This document shows, in pieces, positions 1 to 14,503 of a stretch of 64,000 nt of DNA (the first letter of the stretch is position 1; each line of letters opens with the position of its first letter). The position numbers and the translations under genes are program-made. A model generated the notes under the pieces. That model had not been told where the DNA came from. It did not search any database and saw nothing but the letters and a program-made list of their open reading frames with translations. Origin of the DNA: Epithemia pelagica (taxonomy: Eukaryota > Protista > Bacillariophyta); the NCBI GenBank assembly GCA_946965045.2, contig OX337228.1:6572001-6636000 (forward strand). The letters run 5' to 3'.

Positions 1-376
1 CTCTCGGGTATGGATCGACGACCGTGGTGCAAGAACCGTACGCTCGGCTCGTTTCCTGATGGAGGGCAGGAGGAAACACCAAGAGAGTTTGTATCATCGT
101 GTGTGTGTGCGAGAGGACGATAGTTGTCCCAACGACCGGACTCGCTCTGGGTGGTGGTCTCGTTTTCGTTCGATTGGGGACTGGGTAGACTGCTGTGAAT
201 GGAGAATATGGAGCAACCAGAGACTACGAAACGCCATTCGAATCATCAAGACTGGAGCACGCACGCACACAACAACACCATGGACAAGCAAGCAGGAACG
301 CCGTTCCACCCAACCAACACCGGCAGTGCCTTTGCGCCATGTGAGGAGAAGAAGAAGCAGATGGAAACCATGTGAA

Positions 377-531
377 CTCTCGCGCACTTGTGGTTGTGTG
401 TGTAGGAATCACGCGTCTGTCCTTATGGATAGAGGAACTATTGGAAGGATTGCATCGTTTCAGGATCCTGTTGCTGCTGTTGTTATAGAGGAATCCAACG
501 AAAAACAAACGAGATTTTACTCTTCATACTC
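377..531. repeat. Diverged dispersed direct repeat, copy 1 (copy 2 at 2991-3187)
   Basis: Shared blocks CTCTCGCGCACTTGT, GGAATCACGCGTCT, TATGGATAGAGGAACTA, AGGATTGCATCGTTTCAGGATC and ACTCTTCATACTC occur in the same order at both sites. Confidence 0.85.
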
Positions 532-565
532 GGGCAATGTTGAACTGTAGACCTGGGGCAATGCC

Positions 566-1024
566 ATGCATGGAGCCATGGGACTGTCGGAACAACCCAT
601 TGGCGCCTTGGATCATCCTCCTCATTGTCATCATCCGTCCGACAATTCTCCTAAAGGTGGTGGTCCTCCTTTGAGTACTATTACGTCCGCCGTTCGAGTA
701 GTGCCCGTTCCCTCCTTTGTTGCCTCGCTCTCTCGATCGTCCAACCCCGATGCCAAGGCATTGTCCTTGTTGCAAAGTAATTTGGGAGAATGTCCCATTT
801 CGATATCCTTGGGACGACGGTGTACCTTTGTCACCACCAACGTGGGACGAGCCTTTTCCTTTGGGTTCAGTGAAGAAGGCATGTTGGGGTTGGGAGAAGG
901 CATTACCGAGTCGGCGCAACCCGTCGAACTCTCGTGTTTGCCCGGTGCCGAACGATTTGCCTCCGTCTCGGCCGGAGCCGGTCAAACCGTCGCACTGAGT
1001 AGCACAGGAAAAGAACATGGTTAA
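566..1024 (+). CDS. RCC1/BLIP-II repeat-like protein, apparently a fragment
   Basis: SISLGRRCTFVTTNVGRAFSFGFSEEGMLGLG...VSAGAGQTVALSSTGK matches the RCC1 repeat pattern; only about 1.5 repeats are seen and no continuing exon was found. Confidence 0.5.
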   Translation: MHGAMGLSEQPIGALDHPPHCHHPSDNSPKGGGPPLSTITSAVRVVPVPSFVASLSRSSNPDAKALSLLQSNLGECPISISLGRRCTFVTTNVGRAFSFGFSEEGMLGLGEGITESAQPVELSCLPGAERFASVSAGAGQTVALSSTGKEHG

Positions 1025-1610
1025 CCCCCATCCTTCCCTCCTCCCTCCAAGGCCACCCTTCAACACCATAGATCATCATGTCCGTGGTGTAAAGTGTTCT
1101 ATTAGATTCAATCTTTGGTTTTCTACTTGGCGGAGCATTATTTGGAACGCCCGTTGTATCGAGAAAGGTTCTCTACTAGAGGTAGACCTACTAGCATAAC
1201 TTGGGGAAAACCATCCATCACATATACTATGTAGAGATATGAGATGTGCTGTCGTCCGGAGAGAAGACGCATTGCGGTCGCCCTACCTAGACTCGGGACT
1301 CGGACACCACACACCACCGCACCCATACGCCGAAGAAGAATGCCAACGATAAGGCCCAACGTTTGATTCAGAAAGATGCCAGAACGAAGATGGATGACAG
1401 TGGTGGACGTAGAATCCAGATGCTCGAGATACAGAAAAAGACATGAGTGTACCCCGGCTACCGAGTACCGAGTGCTTTTACGTGCTGTCTCGTGAAGGGT
1501 AAGCGCCTTGTCCCCATCCTGCATGTTGTGAGCGCATGGCGATAATATAAGTTTTGATCTTGTCAAGAATTACTCTTATTCAAATTGTACATGCGACATA
1601 GATGCCAAAA

Positions 1611-1645
1611 CCGATTACCGATTACCGATTACCGATTACCGATTA
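1611..1645. repeat. (CCGATTA)5 heptanucleotide tandem repeat
   Basis: Five exact copies followed by degenerate CGGCTTA. Confidence 0.95.
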
Positions 1646-2004
1646 CGGCTTACGGCCTCTCCACCTCCGATCTTGACTTTACTCTCTATGGTCCAGAACG
1701 AAGACTCAGTTCCCGCGGTCCCTTCCTGTGTTTGGTGAGGTAGCGCTGACTCCCAACGCCTAACCGATTGGGATTTGGTCTTCGAATCCTGTTGAGTCAC
1801 AGTTCCAGTTCGTACCACCAACCACCAACCACCACCGAAATCCAAAAAAAAAAAGAGACCTGCACTGACTGTAGAAACCGAGACGACCTCAGCTCAACAC
1901 AAAAAACAAAAAGACCATCTCCAAAGTGAATCACCTGAACCGGAATCGAAGGAAGGAGACGAAAAAGGAATATGCGGTAAGTTCTTGTTCGAGAGATGGA
2001 CGTC

Positions 2005-2176
2005 AAGGTCTAATGACTTTTCAAGGTAGGTCGTTACTGCCTTCTCCGGTAGTCCCTGGGTGCAAACGTTGCACCGACAGACTGTCTGTCGGTGCAACGT
2101 TTAGTCTGTCGGTGCAACGTTTGCACCCAGGGATTACCCGAGAAGGCAGTAACGACCTACCTTGAATTAGACCTTT
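2005..2176. repeat. Foldback/MITE-like long inverted repeat
   Basis: Arms 2020-2083 and 2103-2166 are reverse complements at 62/64 nt; the 19-nt loop copies the start of the right arm; the outer AAGGTCTAA/TTAGACCTT extends the pairing after an indel. Confidence 0.9.
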
Positions 2177-2990
2177 TCTCCTATCTCAAAGAGGGAGCCA
2201 AGATCAATCAAAGGTAAGCTGCTTTTCTTGGTTTCAAGCGTTTCTAATCAAACTGAATATCTTACTCTTACTTTTTTCTTTTGCTCACGTTTTGCCATGT
2301 CATCGGGGCCTTGGGGTCTTGGTTCAACCCACATCAACTTTCGAGACTCGGAAGAAGTGAACCATGCGCGAACGTCGGTTGTCATTCAAGTTCGCCTGTG
2401 AGAGTCTCTAGTGTCGGGATGGTCGTCCGAGAGGCACAAGAGAAACTTTGTCTTGTTGAGGCGTTGAGAGACGTGGCTCGGGAACATGCAAGTCTTGGGG
2501 ACGTCAATGCAACGGAAGCAGAGCGGTGCTTCAAAGCAAGCTTAATGAGAAAGAAGGCGCATTCGACAGGACTGGAAAAGAACGCAACAAGGAAAATACT
2601 CAATAATGTCAACAAAGCTACCTAGTTTCACGTTTGATTATTGTTTGTTACCTTCTAAAGAGCATCAAACTCTGCCACATGACACGTCGACCAGGACAAG
2701 AGGAAAAGCACTCGCCACGACACAACTTTTCCTCCTTCCTTGACTCCGTGGGTCCACGACATGCATGACTTGTTCCAAAACACTATCCGCAGAAACCTCC
2801 CTACTACGATAGCTTTCCTGCAAGTTTCGCTTCCTATCCCTTGGTCCAGAACACACAACGAATGAATGATAATGACCCAAAGGCTTTTTTCATTTGGCGC
2901 ACCGCAACGAAAAGAAGGAGGAACCCTTGGCGACAAGGGCCTCCACGGTCCAGACCTCCATTCGTTGTGACGCCAAAGGGAATGTTTCTT

Positions 2991-3187
2991 CTCTCGCGCA
3001 CTTGTCTTGTTGTTGTGTGTGTTTGGTACACAATCACAATCGGAAGGAATCACGCGTCTCGGTCCTTTTATGGATAGAGGAACTAGAGGTAGGATTGCAT
3101 CGTTTCAGGATCTTGTTGCTGTTGTCGTTACCATTGATCTAGGCCCACAGGGAGGAAAACAAAAGAGATATTAGACTCTTCATACTC
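2991..3187. repeat. Diverged dispersed direct repeat, copy 2 (copy 1 at 377-531)
   Basis: Same conserved blocks as 377-531, with small insertions. Confidence 0.85.
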
Positions 3188-3646
3188 TTGAAAGTGTTTG
3201 GGTACGATACGACAGGTAACCTACCTACCTAATGAGAGTAGAGAGGTTTGTTGCTCTTTTCTTGTGCTCCGGAGAAAAGATAGACAAAGTAGTAGAGGTA
3301 GCAGAGAGTAGAGATTCCGGAGGGATGCCGATGACGACTGACGACACACCGGAGCGCGATATCATCCGAGCAAGCCGGTGCACTGACGTCGATCCAGAAT
3401 TTGGCGAAAGTGCGACTGCAATGACGGAAGATATTGTTGTTGTTGAAACTTTGTGGCCTCCTTTTGTGTACCTCTGTTTGTTGCGATCCTCATTGCGTTC
3501 CACTGTGTGCGCATTGCTGCCATCCTTGCCATTTGATCGTTTCTTGTGTGCGAATAGAGGAGAACCAACGAAGGAGAGAAACAAAGAGAAGAGACAGTAT
3601 GGCACACCAACAGTTGGCTGTGGGAGGAGGCCTTGAGAAAATAATC

Positions 3647-5251
3647 ATGTCCATCCGGCGTCTCCTCCTCTCCTGGATCGTCATTACCATCATGACAACC
3701 ACAACGACAACCAGTAGTGCCTTTGTGGTGCCGTCACAACCAATGAACCTGCACTTGCAATCCTGGGAAAACCGTCGTCCTTTCGAGTTCAGAGTTGGTG
3801 TGGATTCTTCGTCTTCGTCTTCTTCTTCTTCGTTGATGATTCGAAGCATGCTGCCTCAAGGACCCAGGAGTGTCATGTCGAGTGATGGCAACCACAACGA
3901 TGCCTCATCGTGGCAATGGCCCGCCCATTGGAAATTTACTGGTTTTCGTCATGGCAGCAATGGTTTGTCCCAATCAGACAATTCCTTGTCGTCGACCACT
4001 CGCTTGGGCGATGGCGCGCTCATGCCCGATGGTGGTTTGAGTCCCTGTGTCATCAAGGTGATTGGTGTGGGCGGCGGCGGTTCCAATGCCGTCGATCGCA
4101 TGTTGGATACGGCCGTGGGCGGTGTGGATTTTTGGGCTCTCAATACCGACGCCCAAGCCTTGGGACGGAGCAAGGCCAAGGGTGCCCGTGTTCTCAACAT
4201 TGGGGCCAGTGTCACACGGGGGTTGGGGGCCGGTGGCAATCCCGACATTGGTCGCATGGCCGCCGAAGAATCGCGCAAGGAAATTACCGAAGTGGTGGCG
4301 GGCACCGACTTGTGCTTTGTCACGTCCGGCATGGGCGGGGGGACCGGATCGGGTGCCGCACCCGTCGTGGCGGAAATTGCCAAGGAAACGGGTTGTTTGA
4401 CCATTGGCATTATTACCAAACCCTTTGTCTTTGAAGGCAAACGACGCATGAAACAAGCCGTGGCGGCCATTGAACGATTGCGCGAAAATGTCGACACGGT
4501 CATTGTCGTCTCCAACGATCGCTTGTTGGAAATTATCCCCGACGACACGCCCATGGAACGAGCCTTTGCCGTGGCGGACGATATTCTACGACAGGGCGTG
4601 GTGGGCATTTCCGATATTATTGTCAAACCCGGCTTGATCAATGTCGATTTTGCCGATGTTCGGGCCATTATGAACAATGCCGGTACGGCCCTCATGGGCA
4701 TTGGCATTGGAGCCGGCAAGACGGCCGCGACCGATGCGGCGGCCGCCGCCATTTCCAGTCCACTCCTCGATTCCACCATTGACAATGCCAAGGGGGTCGT
4801 CTTTAATATTAGTGGCGGACCCCGCTTATCGCTCAATGAAGTCAATCAAGCCGCCAAACTCATTTATTCCACCGTCGAAGCCGATGCCAATGTGATTTTT
4901 GGAGCCTTGGTCGATGAAACCTTGGGAGATTCCATCTCCATTACCGTCTTGGCCACGGGATTTGCCGAAAAGGCTCGACCCAATGACATGAGTGCCAATC
5001 GCGAAACGCCCCTAGCCGCCTACAATGACATTCGATCCTCCCCGTCGACGACGACGGCCGTCCGACGATCGGCCAAAGTCATGCCGCCACCCACAACCAC
5101 ACGAGGAGGAGGACCTGGTGAGGAAGCCAGTAGTGCGGACCTGTCACCACCACCACCGGCCACGACCAACCGCCCGAATCGTGACAGTGGATCGGGTGGT
5201 GGTGGTGGTGGAAAGGTTCCCTCCTTTTTGCGAAACTTGAAACGAAGATGA
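3647..5251 (+). CDS. ftsZ: Plastid division protein FtsZ, bipartite plastid targeting
   Basis: VIGVGGGGSNAV, GMGGGTGSG tubulin/FtsZ signature, INVDFAD and a C-terminal VPSFL core motif; ATG 3647 gives a signal peptide ending SSAF (ASAFAP-like). Confidence 0.96.
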   Translation: MSIRRLLLSWIVITIMTTTTTTSSAFVVPSQPMNLHLQSWENRRPFEFRVGVDSSSSSSSSSLMIRSMLPQGPRSVMSSDGNHNDASSWQWPAHWKFTGFRHGSNGLSQSDNSLSSTTRLGDGALMPDGGLSPCVIKVIGVGGGGSNAVDRMLDTAVGGVDFWALNTDAQALGRSKAKGARVLNIGASVTRGLGAGGNPDIGRMAAEESRKEITEVVAGTDLCFVTSGMGGGTGSGAAPVVAEIAKETGCLTIGIITKPFVFEGKRRMKQAVAAIERLRENVDTVIVVSNDRLLEIIPDDTPMERAFAVADDILRQGVVGISDIIVKPGLINVDFADVRAIMNNAGTALMGIGIGAGKTAATDAAAAAISSPLLDSTIDNAKGVVFNISGGPRLSLNEVNQAAKLIYSTVEADANVIFGALVDETLGDSISITVLATGFAEKARPNDMSANRETPLAAYNDIRSSPSTTTAVRRSAKVMPPPTTTRGGGPGEEASSADLSPPPPATTNRPNRDSGSGGGGGGKVPSFLRNLKRR

Positions 5252-5719
5252 ATATCGTAGGAGGCAGGACCGACAAGGATGCACCATCACACACCAAGAA
5301 AAAAGAAGAAGAAGATGATGATGAAAATGATTTGGAATTCGACGAATCGCCGTGTTTCATCTCGAGTACCGAGAGCAGACCAACTGTGGGATGACTACCA
5401 ACGCAGTCTGTGGAACGTGAGAGGAACCACAGTCGAGGGAAAACAGGGGCTTCTATACCAACAACAACAAACAACACAAAAAAGGCTATATTATTGTTAA
5501 AAATAAGAGTTTGCGTGTCACTGTCTCTGGGGAACTCTCTTGGGAATTGTTCTAGCTAGCTCTAGAGTACCTAGATGCCCATCCTGTTGGGTTCCATCCA
5601 AAGTGTCAATCTAGTGCACCCGATATAGATCCCATGGTCGTCTTGGAATCGAGGGAGGTTTGGGGGTCGGCCATGGAACACACCACACACACGATAGAAC
5701 GATTGCGGCTGGTCCGTGT

Positions 5720-7758
5720 TTAGACACGACCACGTCCCAAGACAAAGGGAACCGAAAAGTCAATCAAATTCAGGTTGGGATCCAGGGATCGTCCCAACCC
5801 TTCCAACACCAATGTACTAATAACAATGCTGGCCATGGCCGGATCAATTTCAACCCCATGGATTCGGCAAAGGTCCAGGACATTCCCCAGCAGCTGACCA
5901 ATCCGTACGGCTCCCAAACTCAGTCCCTGTTTTCGATTGTCGTGAAATTCCGAGACAATTTGTTGAATGCCGCGCGCAAAGGCCTCGGTTCCTCCCGGAA
6001 CGTGACTGCACCGTTCATACCGGGCCCGTTCGACCATGAGACGACCCGCTTCGTAGCCCTGATTGAGAATTACGGCACGAAACAAATCACGCAAGTTTCG
6101 TTGATCGTCGGGATTGAGGGAACTGGCAATTCCGGCATCCAAAAATACAATTTTGCGCCGAACCGAAGAACCCATCTCCTCCTCCTTGTTGTCGTCGCCG
6201 TCATTCTTGTGGATGTTGTGGTGTGGTTTCTTCCATGGCATTGGTTTCCCACTCAAGGCCAACGTCCAAAACCGTTCCAACCAGGAGGCCTGTGGAACTT
6301 GCTGGGTTACAATCAAGCAATTGCCTGGATGTAGATCCCCGTGACAAAAATTGTCCAGAAAGACCATTTTCAAAAAGGCCCGAAGCAAGACACTTCCGAG
6401 TTCTTTCCGGACCTCAAGTCCTTCGACGGATTCGTCCTTGAGGAGATCCGAGATTGGTTTGGCATCCTCAATCAGCTCTTCGATCAGTACCGTCCGACTG
6501 ATCCAACCCTCAATGGGACGAGGGAAGAGTACCATGGAATTTCGTTCCTCCCGTGGACTGCGATAAAAGTTTTTTCGAAACTCGTTCAGGTTTGCGGCTT
6601 CTTCGTTCAAGTCCACTTGCCGGTACAACACATTGCCAAAGTTGGATGCCGCTCGAGGCAGATTGGCCATGCGAATAAGTTCAAATGGCAACGAGTGCAA
6701 GAGTTTGGCGATGGTATTCATGAGCCACATATCTCGTTCCACCAACCAATCCATTCGCGGGTGCAAGACCTGGCGAACAAAGAAATCCACGAAACAAAAG
6801 TGAGACATATGTGTTTGTCGATGGAACAGTGAAGCGACACGGACAGTTCCGGCACACACACCTTGACAGCCACCCACAAATCTTTGCCTTGGTTCCCATC
6901 CTCTGGAGTAGTTTGGTGGAGTTTGGCCCGATATACCTGGGCTGCCGAACCACACCCAATGACATTGTGGATTTCCAGACCTTTCTCCCGATAGTTGGCA
7001 AACGCTTTGGTCAATTCCGTGTGAGTGTGCTTCCACGAGTGCGGTGTGCCATGGTCGTGGAGATGCGACAGTCGATCGCAGACGTGTGGGGGCACCATAT
7101 CGCGACGAGTCGCGATCCATTGACAAAGCTTGACAAAGCAGGGACCCAACGCCTGCATCGAAGCTGTAAAGTACCACCACGCAAAGTCTGATACATAGTT
7201 TCGTTGGTAGAGGACACCGGTGTATTGTTGTGCCACAATCGAGGCAGGTGTAAGGGCAATCATGGGAGACAGTCGAAGGATGATTTCGCCACCTCGGATC
7301 GTCAATGCAATGATATCCCAGCATTCACGAAGCAGCCAGAGGCTAAAATTGTAGAGTTTTCGCAAAAAGCTTTCAGAACGCGGCCGAGGACTCATTGCCA
7401 CAATGTATGTCACTTCAGGGGTGCTTTCTTGGTCCTGGGATTGCCTGCCGAGGAAATTCAGCCACAGGCTTGAGTCGGCGTATCGCCAACTCCATTCCAA
7501 AGGGAATCCGAGAGCAAATCCCGATAGATTTCTTGATAGAGCCTGGGAAAATATAGATCTTCCTCGGCAATTCCACCTGTCGATCAACAGGCGTGGCTTA
7601 CAGAGCGACGCTCTGTTTCGAGTGCTGATATCGATCCAACCATGCCGGTTGACCCAATGGGGCAGACGATGACGTGTTCCTTGGAATGAGGAAAGTGATG
7701 CCGAAGAATATCGTCTGACGCTCCTCGACAAGCCACGACCATCCCTGGATCGCATCAT
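5720..7758 (-). CDS. ABC1/ADCK (UbiB-family) atypical kinase; 2 exons, intron 6770-6861
   Basis: FVKLCQW (KxGQ-like), IGCGSAAQVYRA, spliced VAVK|VLHP, HGDLHPGN, FLDAG; GT-AG phase-0 intron joins the two ORFs in frame. Confidence 0.92.
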
Positions 7759-8097
7759 AATGAACGTGTTTCGGACTGTAGGCAGGCCGTAGGGGATTCA
7801 AGGAATAGCTTTGTCGTTGCAATACAGGCCAATGGGGCATTTCGCACAGAAATCCCATGGACATGTTGGTGTGGAGGCAGACGTGCGCTTTCCAACCTAC
7901 ACTCCATCCGGCACTCCAGACGTAAACTCTACCGTCGTACTGTAGAGTAGGAACTCCCTCCAACATTCCTTGTAACACTCCATCTAAGATGCCGGCACAA
8001 CATACGCCAAGCAAAAAAAAGTTTCTGTCCATTGCAAAAGAACCGATACACGTATTGGTCTCCACACTCAAACTTGTAGCACTTGAACAGTTACACA

Positions 8098-10335
<2,238 letters not shown>

Positions 10336-10711
10336 TTGCACCTGGGATAAACTTTGAAAGCAACAATCCTCATCATCATAGCAACTAGGGAATGGCTATT
10401 GTGAAATCCGATTGATCGGATACATGCTTTGTGTGAAATCTTTAGATTACGCAACTCTATGAGCCCTTCGACCACAACCGACTTGCAACTCTACGACATG
10501 TCAGACAAAGAACACGCATCAGAGAGTAGAGGTGAACAGACAACTTTGGTGGTCACGACGATGGGAATGGTGATATTCTTGTGAAAGTTACTTTTCCATC
10601 ACCTCAGTCTCTTCGGTGGGCGAAGACAAGAGGCGATCTGCCCAAAGAAAATGTGTTTCCCCGTGATAATTCAAAAGTTGTAATTATGGGCTTCGCTGTT
10701 TCAGTTGGGAG

Positions 10712-10800
10712 GATCCAGCGTTGTACCTAATCCATATGATTTAGTCATTCCATTTCGATCCAGCGTTGTACCTAATCCATTTGATTGGTCATTCCATTTC
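10712..10800. repeat. ~45-bp tandem duplication over the 3' end of the MIP18 gene
   Basis: GATCCAGCGTTGTACCTAATCCAT...GTCATTCCATTTC occurs twice, starting at 10712 and 10757. Confidence 0.9.
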
Positions 10801-11587
10801 GTATGCATTTATCGACGATTGCCAGAAGATGCTGGTTTTCTAGAGCAGCACAAACCCGCTCCTTGTCGGCCAGTTGTTTGTTGATAGCCTTTTCACTCGC
10901 ATGCGTCCCAGGTTCAATACGAACAGTGGTCTTGAATCTGGGCAACGATCGATCGAGTTTTACTTTGAGACACAAACCAATCTGAGTCGCCATCGAACAA
11001 TGAGGAATTGTGGGAGTGAATCGAACATCAACCGTGCTGAATGGTCCATTCGGTCGATCGACCACAGTGACCTGCTCCGGACTGACGACACCAAGTTGTT
11101 CCAAAGTCAACGGATGCTCCGGATCTTGGATGTTGCGAATTATATCAAAAATCTCATCGGCGTCAATCGAATCACGTTGGTCCGACGTCATCCCCTCTTC
11201 TTTTTCTTCTTCATTGTGCAGAAATCTGGCGGGTAAGGTTTCTGGGAGCAGGCATGGAACGCAATTTTGTTGCTTTGAAATAGCAAGCTTTTCTGTATCA
11301 TCAACAGGATAGCTAAGTCCGAGATTTCGAAGAAGGGAAACTCCTTCGCCTTTTGATAGACACGAGGCATCGATTAGCGCGTTGAGAATGGCCATATCTT
11401 CGGCAGTTTGTGGGGGCTGCGGACGACAATTCAAACTATCGAATTCATCCAATGGTGAGGTATTCTTGTCGTTTAGATTGGCACTGATTGCTGCCAATTC
11501 GGGCCACTCCAGCGCATTCCTCTTCTGGTGAGGTGCATTCGATACATCATGAACCACAGGGTTGGCATTCAATGTTGGTGGATCCAT
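10772..11587 (-). CDS. CIAO2B: MIP18 family / CIA2B (FAM96B) cytosolic Fe-S assembly component
   Basis: NANPVV N-terminus; [55 protein letters not shown]. Confidence 0.93.
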   Translation of the reverse strand: MDPPTLNANPVVHDVSNAPHQKRNALEWPELAAISANLNDKNTSPLDEFDSLNCRPQPPQTAEDMAILNALIDASCLSKGEGVSLLRNLGLSYPVDDTEKLAISKQQNCVPCLLPETLPARFLHNEEEKEEGMTSDQRDSIDADEIFDIIRNIQDPEHPLTLEQLGVVSPEQVTVVDRPNGPFSTVDVRFTPTIPHCSMATQIGLCLKVKLDRSLPRFKTTVRIEPGTHASEKAINKQLADKERVCAALENQHLLAIVDKCIRNGMTNQMD

Positions 11588-12119
11588 GCTTTTTGAGCAC
11601 CTGATGACTGATGATTTATTGAAGTTGTGTCGTTCTTATTAGACTTGATGATGGTAACCTCTTAGGGTTAGGGTCATCGTCTGATCATCATCCGGCTAGA
11701 GGTGCGTCGACCTTGACGAGAATATGGGAGACGACGAGACAATGACGAGTTCTTTACCGAAGGTACCAGCACCCAGCACTGCTACCTATTAGGGTATCCT
11801 CTAACGGGGAAGAACGGGGAAGGACGGGTCCAATTTCTTTCAGATCCTGATAACTTCCAACCATCCACGTTCTCGCTCTAGGGGGACACCACATTATATT
11901 TCTATTTGGCGTAGGAGTACGACACGCCAACCATAGCTAAGGGTACCTGATTCTCCTACCAGGAGTATCGATTAACAGCTATAGTTTTATCGTTCTCCAA
12001 GTATACGTTTCCTTTATGCATGGTCCTTGAAAGCGAATATGCAGACAATGAAAGTACGCCTTTTCGAAGGTCGGGCAGACTGCGCAGTAGCAGACGCTAC
12101 CTGATGAAAATAAAGGGCC

Positions 12120-13432
12120 TCAAAGCGTCATCGTTGGATCATAGTGTGGGGCATGAGGAGCGTACTGGTACATTTGCTGTCTTGCACCAGGATGTCGTTG
12201 ATGATGTTGGCTGTAGTCGTAGTGACCATAAGGATTCTGGGCGTAGATATGTGGTGCATAATACTGATGATGTGCTCGAGGGTCGTGCCCTGGATGCTGT
12301 AAATGCATGCCAGGATGGTGACCCAGCTCTCCGTGAGTGGGATAAGGATAATGATGGTCCATATTGTGTGCCATTTTCATTTCATCGTCTTCCTCTTCTT
12401 CTTCACCGTCCTTTAGGGTGGCAACACCGTTGTGTTTGTCCGCCTCTCGTTCATAGTATTGCTTTTCCTCAGAACTGAGAGATTTCCAGGCATTGCCCAC
12501 TAGTCTAGCAACCGAGCCCCGTTCAGAGGGAACACCCGTTTCGGTTGCTTTCAACCGAAGAACATGGGCCGAAAAGAACATGTTGTATCCTGTCTTGTTG
12601 CGCTTTCTGTTTGAGTTCTTGTCGGGAGGCTGGTATTCAGCCATCTCTTGTTGATAGCGCTTTCGGTCAGCCTTTGCCCTGGTAATTGAAAGCCGATTTA
12701 GACAACAGTGGCGGCACAAACTATAATGAATCACATACATGGACAACAAAGGACTTACCGCTCCTCATACTGTGCTTTGACTTCAGGTGGAAGTTCTTTC
12801 CATTCATTTCCTGTCTTAGCTACAAGATTTGAAGGAGGAACTCGCTTAAGTTCTGCTCCAGCATCTTCACTCTTCAAAGCTTTTTCGTTTTCTTTCGCAA
12901 GTTGCTGGAATCGTTCTTTAATAAACAGATTGTAGGCGGAAAGCGCTCGTGTAGGAGCCCCATCTTCTTTACGTTTTCGTTTGTAGGTCTGTTTTCGCTT
13001 TTGCACGAAAGACTTTAGTTTTGTGATTTCTCCCGTTATTCTCTGAATCACCGCATCCTTGCGGGCGACAACGGCTGTCAGGGCCTTCTCCAATTCTGTA
13101 GTGGGCTTTACCGTTGCAACGATTTCGTCCTGCCTCCGAGTCTCTTCGTCTTGTATTTCTTCTATCAAGTCTAATCGGTCAAACATCCTACCCGGACTTG
13201 AAGGTTTGTCCTCCTCCTCTTTGTCATCAACGTCGATTTCTTTTTCTTCGACGCCAATCTCTTTGTCATCTACACCAATCTCTCTGTCATCAACATCAAT
13301 CTCGTTTTCTTCGACGTCAATTTCGAGAGGTTTTGAGTTTTGATTTTCGATGTTCTCTTTCTCTTTCATGACATCGTCAGTTTCAATCGCAGGAGAAGGT
13401 GGACCAACTTCGTTTTCATCTATATCCGACAT
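12120..13432 (-). CDS. Two-HMG-box protein; intron 12679-12758
   Basis: APTRALSAYNLF...WKELPPEVKAQYEER|AKADRKRY, second box KTGYNMFF...WKSLSSEEKQYYE; GT-AG intron joins the frames. Confidence 0.9.
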
Positions 13433-14001
13433 GATTCGAATGAACTGGTTAGACCAAGGGTTTGCCTTGTTTCACGGGTTTGCGCTGCGGTATGACACGT
13501 CGGACAGAATCACGTCAGAAATCCCCCAGGTGGTTCAGGCACTTCCAGTTACTGCGTCGACTCTATCGTTTGCTTTTCGTTCGACCGATCAAATTGTGGC
13601 GCAGCAGTTCTTCAGCACCCCGGAGAGATGGATTGTTCTCGCTGCTTTATATCTGTCTTCAACGCCGTATTCATCAATGCATCGAACTGAAGCTTGCTGC
13701 TGATGCTTTTGCTCTTGGTCGACAATGATCATCTTCGTAGTCTGAATTTATCATAAGCCCTAGATGCCATGATCACCTGAAATATTTTTCTTAAGCCTCT
13801 CATTGATAGTCAATTGCCTCTGCGTTGAAGATATAATTGCCCACTCCTCCATTTCTCCGTCATGCGCGCGAGCATGCAACGAGGGCAATTGCGTATTCAT
13901 GCGACTGCACCTCATCTCCATCCGAGCGTCGTACTCTTTTCTTCGTGTTCTTTTCAATCAACACAACGGAAGACAACAAACGAAGCATCGATACGGATAC
14001 A

Positions 14002-14432
14002 ATGGGGAACTGCTTGAAATCTGCCGATCAGCAAGTTGTTTCCGGAAGCCGGAAAAGCAACCAGGCTTTTCAGGGCGAGGTGAGTTTCTCATGCGATTTT
14101 AGTTCTAGAAGTGTCGAGTTGCTGATGATTCTTATTCTTCCGTTTCTTGAATCTAGGGCCATCGTCTGGGGACGGTTACGGATTCACAAGTACCTTTAAA
14201 TGAGCCAACGACAGGTAAAGCAGACAAGCGCAACGATTCGGAGCCTCCAGCACCATCCTTTGATCCCAATCTCACGGATGAAGAGCGATCAAAGCTCCGG
14301 GCAGATCGCGCGGCTGCTGCAGAGGCGAGGCTACGGAAACAAGGTGGAGGTACGAAAAAGCAAAAAGCATCCAACAGTGCTCCTCTAACAGGTCCAAACT
14401 CTACTCCTCTAATGAGATGGACAGCGGGATAA
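14002..14432 (+). CDS. Small (118 aa) SVIP-like p97/Cdc48 adaptor, myristoylation-type N-terminus; intron 14080-14156
   Basis: MGNC start; splicing creates the SHP box FQGE|GHRLG; VIM motif RADRAAAAEAR (RX5AAX2R); stop TAA 14430-14432. Not in the ORF track as a single ORF. Confidence 0.8.
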
Positions 14433-14503
14433 GGAAGACAAACATTTTGATTCTCCGTCTGGTGGTTTTCCTCATGTCGATCCGTTTCGAACAGGGTAAA
14501 GAC

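Noticed and set aside
3949-4845. Long antisense ORFs over ftsZ (and similar ones over SBDS, HEAT, argD)
   Set aside because: Shadow frames of GC-rich coding sequence with no independent motifs
11662-11674. Telomere-like TTAGGGTTAGGG
   Set aside because: Only two units, upstream of a gene; at most a telobox, not an interstitial telomere
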